64,000 bases of DNA from Ascidiella aspersa (taxonomy: Eukaryota): the NCBI GenBank assembly GCA_963924565.1, contig OZ004612.1:6634001-6698000 (forward strand), written 5' to 3'. The notes beneath the pieces are model-generated. The model saw only the letters and a list, made by a program, of their open reading frames with translations. It searched no databases and was not told the DNA's origin. Made by a program: the position numbers and the translations under genes. Shown one piece after another: positions 14,001 to 26,000 of this stretch (positions are counted from its first letter, which is position 1; every line of letters starts with the position of its first letter).

Positions 14001-17000
14001 ACCTCCGGCCAGCAAGTCGCTGGGCTGGCTGTGAAGCCGTCGAACCTGCAATAACTGAGGCTCGCACAACAAGGAAAGTGTTTTCCTGGGTAGGATGGCA
14101 CTCTCGCATAAGAGGAAATATGTATTTTGCATACCAGTTTAAATATGCTGTTGCTCCAGGTATAGTATGTACTGAAAACAATTTCTTCTTTTATTTATTT
14201 GTTATTTCGTTGTTTTGGCTAACTATCCAGGAAGCCTTCATCAAGGATTGCAACACCCCAACAACACGCGAAGTGAAATGACACAAACACACAGTTTTTC
14301 AGAAACGATTTTTTAAGAAGTTTCTTTGCATACCAGGATTTGTTTTCAGGAAAAGCTTGTTGTTCAGATCAGTGGCGAGTTGTTTTACAGAAGAGTGGTT
14401 TCACGACACGCTAGGTGATTTTAGATAAAATATGATTCTTTTAAACAAGGCATTTGAAGATGCTGCGTTTTTTGTGCATTACAAGATGTTTATCCATGAC
14501 CTGTTATGTTTGAGGCCTGTGTTGTCCGATTTTATCCGGCAAACAGGTGTACAGAAGGGCCACAAAGTGAGCCTTTCGAAAAACGATACACAATGTTTTT
14601 TTTTTAAACAAAGCTGTTATAGTGACTTTAAACAATCTAATTCAATTTTACCCTGACTTCACTTTACGTTTTTTACATTTTCCTATCTAAAGCTGAAAGC
14701 TAGAGGCAACTAAAAGAGGGACGCCATGTTCTATAAAAATATACTATATGATCTTTATAAGTCAACGCAATGCTCTATAAAACAGTACAGTCTATAACTC
14801 TACAACAAACTCTAAGAGCAAGCCGGCGGAACATATAAAAATTAAGTCTCTCTGCACATTACCGTCCGAGTTGCAGATCGAAATCGTCATCTCTCTTCCG
14901 CCCTTCACCTCATCGCAAGAGGACATCTGCACCCGCTCCCTGGGGGTCCTTTTACGCTCCTGCGAGATCTTCTCCTCTTCAAGATGAATGGGGAAGAGGC
15001 TCCGATGCATGTTGTACGTCATGAGAACGTCCCCGCTATCCAGTGACCATAGGAAGATGTCCCCGTCGTAGGATGCGGACGCGCAGGTGGATTCGGCGTG
15101 GTGGTAGTCCAGGCTCATGATGTCGTCCTTGTGTTTCTGTCTTAGCAAGGAGCAGCGATCGTCTCCGTACGAATCCAGATAAACGCCCAAGTGCCGGTTC
15201 CAGCCCGCCGTTACAATGCGCTGCCTGCTCGAAAAAAAAAACGTTTTTTCTCGCTATTATGAGTAGGTTTGGGGTAAATTTCTTAAAATGAATGAATGAA
15301 AGGTTTTGTTCTCAGAAGACTGAGATTCAGTTTGGGCTATCGAGCTATACAAGGAATTGTCGTTAATTATTGTTTAGCTATTTTTTTGCGCCCAGGTGAC
15401 GGTTCCGTTCCGTCGTTACGATGCGCTGCCTGCGCGAAAAAAATACAGTACGCTCCCTATTCTGCCGAGATTTGGGTAAAATTCCTCCGCAATGTAAAAA
15501 AGCGTAATCTTTTCTTAGTTCTTCCAAAAAAATTATTTTAAAAATTTTCCGTTGCTGTAATTTTAATATTACATTCGTCAGTTTTAATATTCTAAAAAAA
15601 CAATTCATTCTCTGTTTATCCTTTTATAGGATTTTTTTCAAATTTTTGTTTGAACATTATAAATGACAGTTTTGTGCTTATTGAAGATCGAATTTCATTT
15701 TAGGAAATCGATTTATGCAGGGAATGATGGTTAATTATTTAAGGCCTTCTGCTATTATTTGAACTATTTAGAAATAAACGCCCAAGTGCCGGTTTCAGCC
15801 CGCAGTTACGATGCACTGCCTGCGCAAAAACAAAAAGAACGGTTCTTCTTCGCCATTTAAAAACGCACAATTTTTTCTAATTCCCTCAAACGTTTTTTTT
15901 TCAAATTAGTTCAGTATTTCAGTTTTAAATTTCCAATAAAACATTTCGTTTTTCATGGACCACTTTTTTAAGTGTTTTTGAAACAACAAAATTAAAACTT
16001 GAAACGATTGACAGCTCTACAAGGAATGGTCGTTTCTTATTATTTGAGGTATTTTTGTCATTTGGACTCTATATAAATTATTTATTTTGTCATTTTTTGT
16101 ATCCGAACGTTTTTCTGGTAGACTATCTTTTTTGCACTTGTTGTTCGGCATTACTGGTCGTGACCTGTCTATAGTTATCAGAAATGTTTTTATATTATAC
16201 GTTTCAGATATTCCTTATTGGTTTTAAAGTGTGTTAGCGAAAGCTCAGAGATAAGTATCACGAAAATTTGTTTGTTGTCTCAGATGCTCATGAAACTTCC
16301 ATTTTGTCTAATCGTTGACTGTAACGTTCTCTTGAAAATTGAAAGTTGTTTTTCACTATTAGATGCTTATATGTAAAGATAATTTTGCCTATTACCATTG
16401 ACTGTTACATTCCCTTGAAAATTGAAAGTTGTTTTTTCACTATTAGATGTTTATTCCGTGTTATCATTGACTGTTACATTTTCTGGAAAAGTTTGCTTAT
16501 GGCCGTTACCTTAATGAAGGCGTTTAATCAAGTGCTTTGATTCAACCGACCTTGTAAAAACGACGTCATTGATTTCCTGTCCGTCCATCTTGTCTAAACG
16601 CCGAAGCTTTGCTCCGTTATTAAAGTTCCACATCGTCGCCGATCCGTCTCTGCCGCCTGCAATAAGTCTGTTGCCGATCTCGTTTTAAACACAACAAGGA
16701 TAGAAGGAAATAACTTAAATATTGTGTAGATATGTGCGTTACTTAAAGTCGTGGTCGTACGAATCTAATGGTGCATCTAAGTCTAAGCAACTCTATAGAT
16801 ATTGTGAACCACTCTTCGAGCTCGAGGAACCCCAGTGCAATAATTTCACTAGCTCGAGGAACCCCAGTGTAATAATTTCACTAGCTCGAGGAACCCCAGT
16901 GTAATAATTTCACTGGCTCGAGGAACCCCAGTGTAATAATTTCACTGGCTCGAGGAACCCCACTGTAATAATTTCACTGGCTCGAGGAACCCCACTAATA

Positions 17001-20000
17001 ATTTCACTGGCTCGAGGAACCCCAGTGTAATAATTTCACTGGCTCGAGGAACCCCACTGTAATAAACACACCCCAATTAGCTACAGAATTTAGAAATGGC
17101 GGAACCCCTGGCCTGTCCTAGCTGAACCCTTAGGTTCCGCGGAACCCTGGTTGAAAACCACTGTGTTAAATATGTGAACCACTCTTCGTTTTGAACTTAA
17201 AGAACAGGATTTAGCACGGTTAGTTTTTCAATGTTTTTGAATCGATTTACGTATTTAAAAGTCTTAGTATAATCTTTAAATTTATTTTATGTTCAGCTTA
17301 AGTTATGTGATTTTGAAACGTGCCGTCCAAATGTTTTTGAAGTGTGTTTACCATGGCATTTAAACTGTTTTGTTGTCGCAAAAAAAAACGTTTCGCGATC
17401 GGATTTGGGGTCTTTGAAAATCTACTATTTTTCTTTGAATGTATTTTTTCTTAAAACTGTGTGGCAACCCTGTTTAGATGTGTTTAAGTTTTAGGTATGC
17501 ATGAGTTTAGTCAGATGATGCTGTTTGAAATTCCAACTGTTGAACTGATTTACAAAAGTAATCCCTTTAAGCCAGTGGTTTTTAACCCATTTTCTTGCCT
17601 TTAATATTACCGACCAATTCTCGCAACCCTTCTAGAATTGCTGAAATATCAAAACCATTGTAATTTCATTTTTATACAAGTAACTAACAGCACATGAACA
17701 CAATTCCCAAGTGTGAGTTAGTTTTACTTTTAACTGAACAAATAGATAAATTTCATTAATACATTTTATGTGACTGATTGAGCCCCGCACGCCCTTGGAA
17801 CAGCTATCGCACCCCTGGTTAAAAAACCCTGCTTTAAACGGATGCGTCGATTTTTAAACTGATGCCACTTTTTTCCTGTTAAATACGTTTCATTTTGATT
17901 TGACCTGTAAGCAGCCTGCGGTTGGTTTGGTCGAACGCCATGCAAGTTATCTCCGCCTCTGTCCCGGTGGTGAACTGCATTTGCTTTACTCCCGTCTTGA
18001 TGTCCCACAGGCAAACCATCGAGTCTTCTCCGCCAGTCACCAGCTAAAGATAAATGGGTTACTTTTTGTCTGGTAAACAATTATTTTTCTAGAATTGTGC
18101 TTTATGGCCTTCGATATTATTTCATAACAAATTCCTCCCAAAAATTGAAAAAAACAGAGTCATTTTCGAAAATATCGCCTTTAAATGCCTTGGCATGTCT
18201 TTACGAATTTTTTCTCGCAGTGCTTCAAATTCAAGGCGGAAACCAACGAAAAACAAGGCGGTATCCTGTACAGCATTTAGCCAAACCTATTTTCTTCAAG
18301 AAAAACAGCAGCAATACCTGGTTAAAGAGCGGATTATAGAGAACCTTGACCACCGCTTTCTGGTGGCTCTTTGCCAGCTTGGCTTGCTTGTAACCGATCG
18401 ATGAAGGGTTGCGAGGTTTGAGCACAGCGATACGACTGTTGGCAACCGCCAGCTCTGCTTGCCGCTCATTAAAACACACAGCCGTGATGTCGAGTCTCCC
18501 CAGCTCCAGGTTTCTTCCGTGGATGCTCTGTTTGCACGAATAGTCGCGTAAGTCCCACACTCGCACGTTCTTGTCCTTGCTGATGCTGCAAAAAGCCAAA
18601 TAGTACAAGTAAGTCGACACCATCTTGATTAAGATGTTTCGATACTCACTTTTATCATCATCGGTTAATGTGACTGAGAAGTAAATCAAAGCATCAGTTT
18701 AAAGGTGGGAGGCAATTCTTATCATTCAGAGTTTCTAATCGTTTGGAGCATTAATTAGCACCTCATAAACCTTCAGATTTAATATAATATTTTATTTAAA
18801 AAATAACACATTAAAAAAAATAACACATGGGAATACAATGAAACATATGTACACACATATATGTGTGCTTACAACTGAGATCTAGCCCTATTGTATTATG
18901 ATATGATACTGGCGATCCCCTTCGTTATGAAGCTGCTTGTACTAACAGATTGAGCAAGCATTGGCGTATGGTTGTTTCTCGACTCGTTCCCTTCTGAGCC
19001 TGCATAGCTCAGTTGGTAGAGCGACGGTCCCGGCTTGACCGGAGGTCGTGAGTTCGAACCTCACTGCAGGCTAGTTGTTTTTCTAGTCTGCTCTGCTTGC
19101 ATCATTGATCGACAGATTCGGTGAGTCTGCAATGGCTTTTCGGTGTACACATGGAAATATATGAATTTGGTCAAAAATTGTCGTTAGACTAAAACCTAAA
19201 AGTTGATAGTTGAAGTCGGTGGTTTTGTGATTTGTTGTTTCTATGATCACACTGTAGTTTCGTTAGACTGGCCGAAATGTAGTTTTGAGGTTGTATTTTG
19301 AATTACATCGTTGGCTGCGCCTGGTCAGTTAATCGGTCTAGGCCCTAGGGTAAACGGTGTTTTTATGCTGCTTTGCCGTTACCGTGGTACATACACTGTA
19401 TAGGTTGTATTAAAACCTGTCGATTATTTTGTGATTTCGTTTTTTTACGACTAAATTGTGGTTTCTTTAGACTGAAATACAGTTTTGAGGTTGGAGTTCG
19501 AAAACCAGCGTATAAAATGGTTGAGGTGTGTTTAAATGCCACCGCTGGCTACGTCTGTTCAGTTAGTTTATTCTTGGCTGTGGAATTTGTGTTTAGGATA
19601 GTCTTACTGATTTTCCTGAGATTTAATTGTGCTTAGGATAGTCTTACTGATTTCCTTAAGTTTTCGAGCATATAAAGTATATATTGCTCACGAAATACAT
19701 TGCTGCTAAACGCACCAACGACTTACCTGATGACCTGGTGGTCGCAGTTTCGCACGAGCACGTGTAGCACGGCCGTGTTGTGTCCCTTAAGCACAGCGGC
19801 CGACTTGGACACGACGTAGGGGTTCCAGACTCGCACCTCGCAATCACGACTACCTGTGACTATTAGGTTCCACTCGGGATCGTAAGACAGGCAAAGGACG
19901 CCCTTGCGCACGTGAAAGTGAGAGCTCCTGTAGGGAAAAACACAATAAGGCAGTGCTTCTCAACCTATGGGTTGCGACCCAAAATTGGGTCGCTGTTTAA

Positions 20001-23000
20001 TTTGGTTGGGTCGCCAACCTCAGTAGTTTGTATGTTTATTGAGATTGGTTCTGAGAAATATTTCTCAACTAAGAAAATTAAGGAAGCAAAATAAATAATG
20101 TCTTATAAAATAATTCTTATAATTCGAAATTATTTATGCTAATGCCTATTTTTGTTCGCTTACAAAAAGCTAGTTATTATTTTGCTTACAAGAAAAAACA
20201 ATTGGGTCGTCAAAGCTTAGTCGTCATACTTACGCTTAATATTTGGGTCGCCGCGAAAAAGGTGGAAAAGCACTGCAAAAAGGCTTATATGCAAACTATA
20301 TCTAAGCGGAAGTAGTTCTAATACCGTGGTATTAAGACCAACGGCATAAAGCCAAGTACGCGGCTAATGTTGCCATCAATATGTGATATAATGGAAATCA
20401 CCTTGACCCCTGCAAGATAAATGTCGACCTTAATTTATAATCAGTAACAGCAGAATACTCTAGCAAAGTACACCGAAAGCATCGCAGACTCACCGAGTCT
20501 GTTGATCTATGATGCAAGCAGGGCAGACTAGAAAAGCAACTAGCCTGCAGTGAGGTTCGAACTCACGACCTCCGGTCAAGCCGGGACCGTCGCTCTACCA
20601 ACTGAGCTATGCAGGCTCAGAAGGGAACGAGTCGAAAAACAACCATACTCTAGCAAAGGTAGCAATTCAGGTCGGAGACTATAAAATGGTCCTAAAGATA
20701 TTTCGCCAACACAGGCATCGTCAGTATATAATGAATGAGTTTGTACAACAGAATACGATCTACACTCGCTGGAATGACAACCGTCCCATTTTCATGTTAT
20801 TCCGAGCTGTGTTTTATTCCAACGTTGATGTTATTTATTTTGTTTGTTAAACTGCTAGAATCCCTCCTGTGGGTGTTATCTATCGAGGGTCGATGTTATG
20901 ACTTCAGTCAAAATACTTCGCTTTTTTTGGGCTGATTAAATTATTTTATCAAAGACTAATAAATGGAAAAAAAATTCCTGCTTGTGTTTTATTCAGATGC
21001 CCTAATGTCGAGGCAATTGACTTGTTCGTGATTTGTAGTTTTTAAAACCTCGATTTTTTGTTTAAATTGAATTTTATTAGATTTTAAAACTGACGAGATT
21101 TCCAGTTCGACTAAAAGGCGAATTAAGCAAAAGCAACTAAAATTTTGAAAATTAAGCAGAAGAAAGCATGGTTAATACATTTCAAATAATGTTGCATCTA
21201 ATGCAGTTTACCTGTTGATGATCATTTTTCTGTTCGATTCGCCTCTAACTTTCTCCGTTATATCGGCGAAGAACAAGGCGGTGTCTCCTTTCACACAACC
21301 GGAAATGACGCACTCCTGGCCCTGCGCCAACAAAACGACACTACGGATTAAAACGCAATCTTCGAGCAAAAACTTATTTGGACTGTAGACGTCGAAAGAT
21401 GATAAGGTACCGAGGCCAAAGTATGAACCTAATGGTGTTAAATTTAGTCTGCAGTATTCAAGCGACACATACCACCAGTACTACCGGTTTGGTCCTAAAT
21501 AATGAAATCGCTTTGCAGTAAGACGTGTATACTCGACAAGGATACTTAAGAGCAGTGATTGTCAACCTATGGGTCGAATTAATTAAAATTGGGTAAATTT
21601 CTTCGCTGTTATACCTATACAAGCTTAATAATTAAGTCGCCGTGTAAAAAGTTGAAAACATTGATTTAATTTAAAGCCTTACAAGCATGTCGTGAAACAC
21701 CCTAAAAACTTGTCGTACGCAGTATCATTACGATATTGATCTATCCGAGATGTAGGATATATGTCTTCTTATTAAGACACTAGCATACATTAAACACGGG
21801 CCTTACCTTCTTGTTTACATAGTAGCGAACTTGTTGGACCCAATCGCCATGCACGCCTCTATACTTCGCCGCCTTAATGCCGTGAATGTAGCCGCGCAGC
21901 ACTCGTATCATGGAAATACGGTTTAGAGGGCAGAGGGGCGCAGCAAACAGGCTCAGGTTCGGGTTCTCGTGGAAGCGGATCACCGTCAGACTGCCGCTAG
22001 TGTCGCCCCAGAGAAGTATAGCGTGCTTGGGATCTTTGATGTCGTAGTAGTAGTCCATCGTCAGCGCACAGTCTTTTAGGTCTGCGCCAAATTTTGCGTA
22101 TTACAAATACAGTTGAACTTCGACACTATGCCACCCTTTGGGACCGAGAGAAAGTGGCATAGCAGCGAGAGTTTTATTAAAATAGCCATTGAACAATCCT
22201 TTAGAATGAACACCAACTTATTTGCAACCTGGATACAATTTGATAATCAATTATTATATATTTTTGTCAGTAAAAGTAGAAAATACATTTTTAAAGATGT
22301 TTTTAGGTTTCAAAAATTATATATGAAAGTAAACTAAGTGTCGTAACATGCGCCAGCTGACGATTCCTCGAAGTTTTGGACTACATTAGAGAAAAGAGAG
22401 TAAACATTACTTGCACATACATATACGTTTGCCGTTTCAAAGCCGTTAAATCGTTCCGTTTGTAGCGTTTACTGTTTCGTTGATACAGTACTACTATACT
22501 CTCGTGTGTCATAGTAGTAAGGGTAAGGGGTGGCATAGTAAATAATTTTTCTATTGAATTTAGTTGGTGATGATCGAAAGTGGTTTAGTAGCGAGAGTGG
22601 CATAATAGCAAGGTGGCACAGTACCGAAGTTTGACTGTAAATCTCTTCGCCCTTTTCTTTCACAGGTGTTGTTTTTGCTTGCGACCCTTAAAATCTAACC
22701 ACAATTTGATGGCAGGTGGATTAAACAAATTCTTTGCAAGCACGGATGTCTACCTTTTCGTTTAAACATCGCGTATAACACAACACGAGCGTTGTTCGTT
22801 CATTGTACGAATCTTTAAATCTGCGCCGCGCAATTTTAGGGTTTGTTTACCGAAAGATGTAACCTGAATTTTATGTCTTTTTCTTTATCGCCATAATCGG
22901 CTGTAAAATTATTGGCTTTATGTGTTCCAAGTCATTGTGCAACCTTTCTGATCTACACACACAAAGTTTTAAAGAGGCGGAAAAATACAGTTTTAGTTCT

Positions 23001-26000
23001 TTGAATTTAATTTAGAGTAAAAATCACTGTTAGTTTTTATTCTCAAAATTTGTTTTTTATGTTCTGAATCAGGCATGTCAATTATCTCGACAAGATAAGG
23101 TATTTTTTGAAACTTTGTATTATGTACTTCTTTTGTACATGGAACTTTTTTCAACTTTGCTCGAGATTGTTTTGAAAACCTAGATTAACAATGTCTATTT
23201 AAAAGCGATTCCTTGTATCGTTTATCGGCGAATAGACTTTTTTATGTGTTTATAAAATACCGTAGTAAAACAAAGTTCTACACTATTTATTGTGTTGGCC
23301 ATTTAGTTTTTTATTTGTATTGAAAAAACACGTCGAGCGATCCAATTTTAGGTCAAACAATTTGTCTAACAATGCTTTAAATTTCATTTACAACAATATG
23401 TGGCAACCCTATCACTAGATTTTTGACTCAAAGCAAAAACCTCACCTTTAATCTGAAACCTCTTCTGGATCATGTTCGACGTCATCGTATAAAATGACAC
23501 CTCGTAATCGGTCGTGGCCACGGCCACTGTATTGCAGTTGGTCATGCACACCATGTCAGTCGCCGACACTTGACGCTGAACTAGGCCGAGATTGGTCGAG
23601 GCTCCGCCAATCACGCCGCCCGCTCTAGCGCCCTCCAGCGTGGTGGACTTCTGCAGCGTCCAGTCGATATTCCAGATGTTGAGCACTCCGTCACGGGAAA
23701 GAGTAAGGTAGCGGCTGGCTGAATCGTCGGGTTCTTGTACCCCGTCTGCTGTCTGGCGCGCCGATAGGGCCTGTGAAGATTAAAATGCTTGTTGGCGCTC
23801 GATTTTTACTGTATTATGTCGTTTTATTGGAATGATTTTTCAGGCATACAGTTGAGTTTAATGGTATGTATGCTGGTGCGATTCAGAGGTTTAGGAGTCT
23901 GACTTTAATTGGGTGACAAAAAACAAAAATGGTGTGACGTCATCGTTTTATTTCATTAGCTTTCTACTGCTATCTAGTTTGTATTGGGTTTGTGCCTTTG
24001 TGCATCTATAAGCTGTGAGGTCAGAATTATTTAGGATTAACCTCTTGGTTGGATTTCCTCCCGGGTCAAATCAACTAACAAACTATAAAATTCGTAGCTT
24101 TAATATTGCAGTCTTCTTGTGTTTCGTGCCGCGATGTCTTGGTAACGGTGCAAAAGGTTTTTCAGGACAACGCATTATACTGTTGTAGCCTGATGAAAGC
24201 AATACGGAAGAATGGATTTATTTTGCAGTCCATTTAGACTATTTTTTTAATCAGCTTGTTCAAACTTAGTTTAACAAAAAAAAAACACTTTGCAGATCGG
24301 TTTCACATGTAGACACAACTAAATCATGTTTTACAAGAACTATAAATGATATTGTCCAGCATTTTTAACGCTAACAGAATCAAAAAGCAACTTACAGAAT
24401 ATTTTTGCATATCATTTTGCATTCAAGGGTTTTACATTTAGACAGAATTTAACATTTTTACAAGAATTCTAAATGAGAATATCCATCGTTTTTCACGCGA
24501 ACAAAATGCAAAAGCAACTCACAGAAAATGTGTGCACATTAGTTTCGCGTTCAAGGATTTTACGTTTAGACAAAATTTAAACATTTTTACAAAAACTCTA
24601 AATGAGAATAGTATGTCAAGCTTTTTTCACGAGGACAAAATGCAAAGGCAACTCACAGAATATTTTTCCACATGATTTCTAAACAAATTCCGACCACTTT
24701 AAAGCGTCTGGCTTCTTTACCTGGAGGAACCTTATGCTGCAAATGCTCTCGGCATGTGTGTTGATATAGCAGGGCGGGTTCGGGAAGGGACGGTCTTGGT
24801 CGAAGGTGAACATGTTCTTCTTCTGATGATACTCGAGCAACATGTAGGAGAGGTACTCGTCCCAATCCACTGTACCATCGCAGTTGTTGTCCACCTGGCG
24901 ATAGAGTAATGTCCAATATTTTCTTATTTTTTGAGCGGTAGAGTAACGTACCAGTTCGTCTTTTTTTGAGCGATAAGACATTTTTCGTGGAATTACAAGA
25001 CTCATTTTTGGAGTGATTACACACCTTTTAACAGTTGGCAACCTATTATTTTAATGCGCTAACACCATTTTTTGTGCTGGAATTACGACACAACTTTATC
25101 TTGAACTATAGTCAGTTTTTTTATAGGAATAATAAATTAAATTTTGGCAGGGTAGCACTAAAATTCTTTCCTTTAGCTATTATACAAATATACTCTTTTG
25201 CAGTACGTCTTAGATAACGTCCCATAAACTTTTGCGCTTTTTTCCTTTAAGACATTTTTCGTGGAATGGCAAGACTCATTGTTAGGGGGATTACATATCT
25301 TTTTACAGTTGGCAACACATTGCTTTGATTGATGCACTAACACCTATATTTTTTGTGCTGGAATTACAACACTTTCTCTTGAACTTTGAATAGTTTCTTC
25401 TCTGAAGCAAATATCCAAATATACTATTGATTGTAGTGCGTTTTAGATAACATTCGATTAACTTTTGTTATGTATATTACTCGACTGCCCTATTTTGATT
25501 TTGAGTTGCTTCAACAATTATTTAATAATCTCTCTTTGTTAAACATGCAATTAAATGCCCGTCGTTTAATTTTTGATAGCCATTTTGTTGCGGTTTGTAC
25601 TTTTTTTCAAGAATTGTGGATCAAACAAAATCTTCAGGTTAAATATGAATTTTACATTCCAAATCTAAAAGCTTTCAAAACACCTGGTTGTTCGTGTAAG
25701 CAAATCTCATGGGTTTTGTACCTTCATAAAGATCATGTCCAGCTCAGTATCGTCGATGTGGCTTCCCATCGTCTTTTTCATCGCAATACGAAACTGTTCC
25801 ATGTCCAAACCCTCCTCACCGGCCGAACCTGTGTTGTATGGTAAAAAATGACTAAAAGCGTTGTTCGCACGGCCCCAATCTGTTTTATGCAACAGTTTGT
25901 GTTTTTTCATTAAAATTTAATTTTTTGCGTATTAAATCTTTGTGCAATTCAAAAATAGAAACTCACTGCTAATTTAAATAGCACCAAAGCGTATAAACGT

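Noticed and set aside
16821-17064. CRISPR-like array of 32-bp repeats
   Set aside because: No unique spacers and no cas genes; it lies in a eukaryotic intron, so it is a minisatellite.
18998-19072. Functional tRNA gene
   Set aside because: The anticodon arm is 2 nt too long and lacks U33 and purine 37; copies share a SINE tail and one has a TSD.
24190-24215. Additional hammerhead (CTGATGAAAGC)
   Set aside because: No stem II or GAAAC follows.
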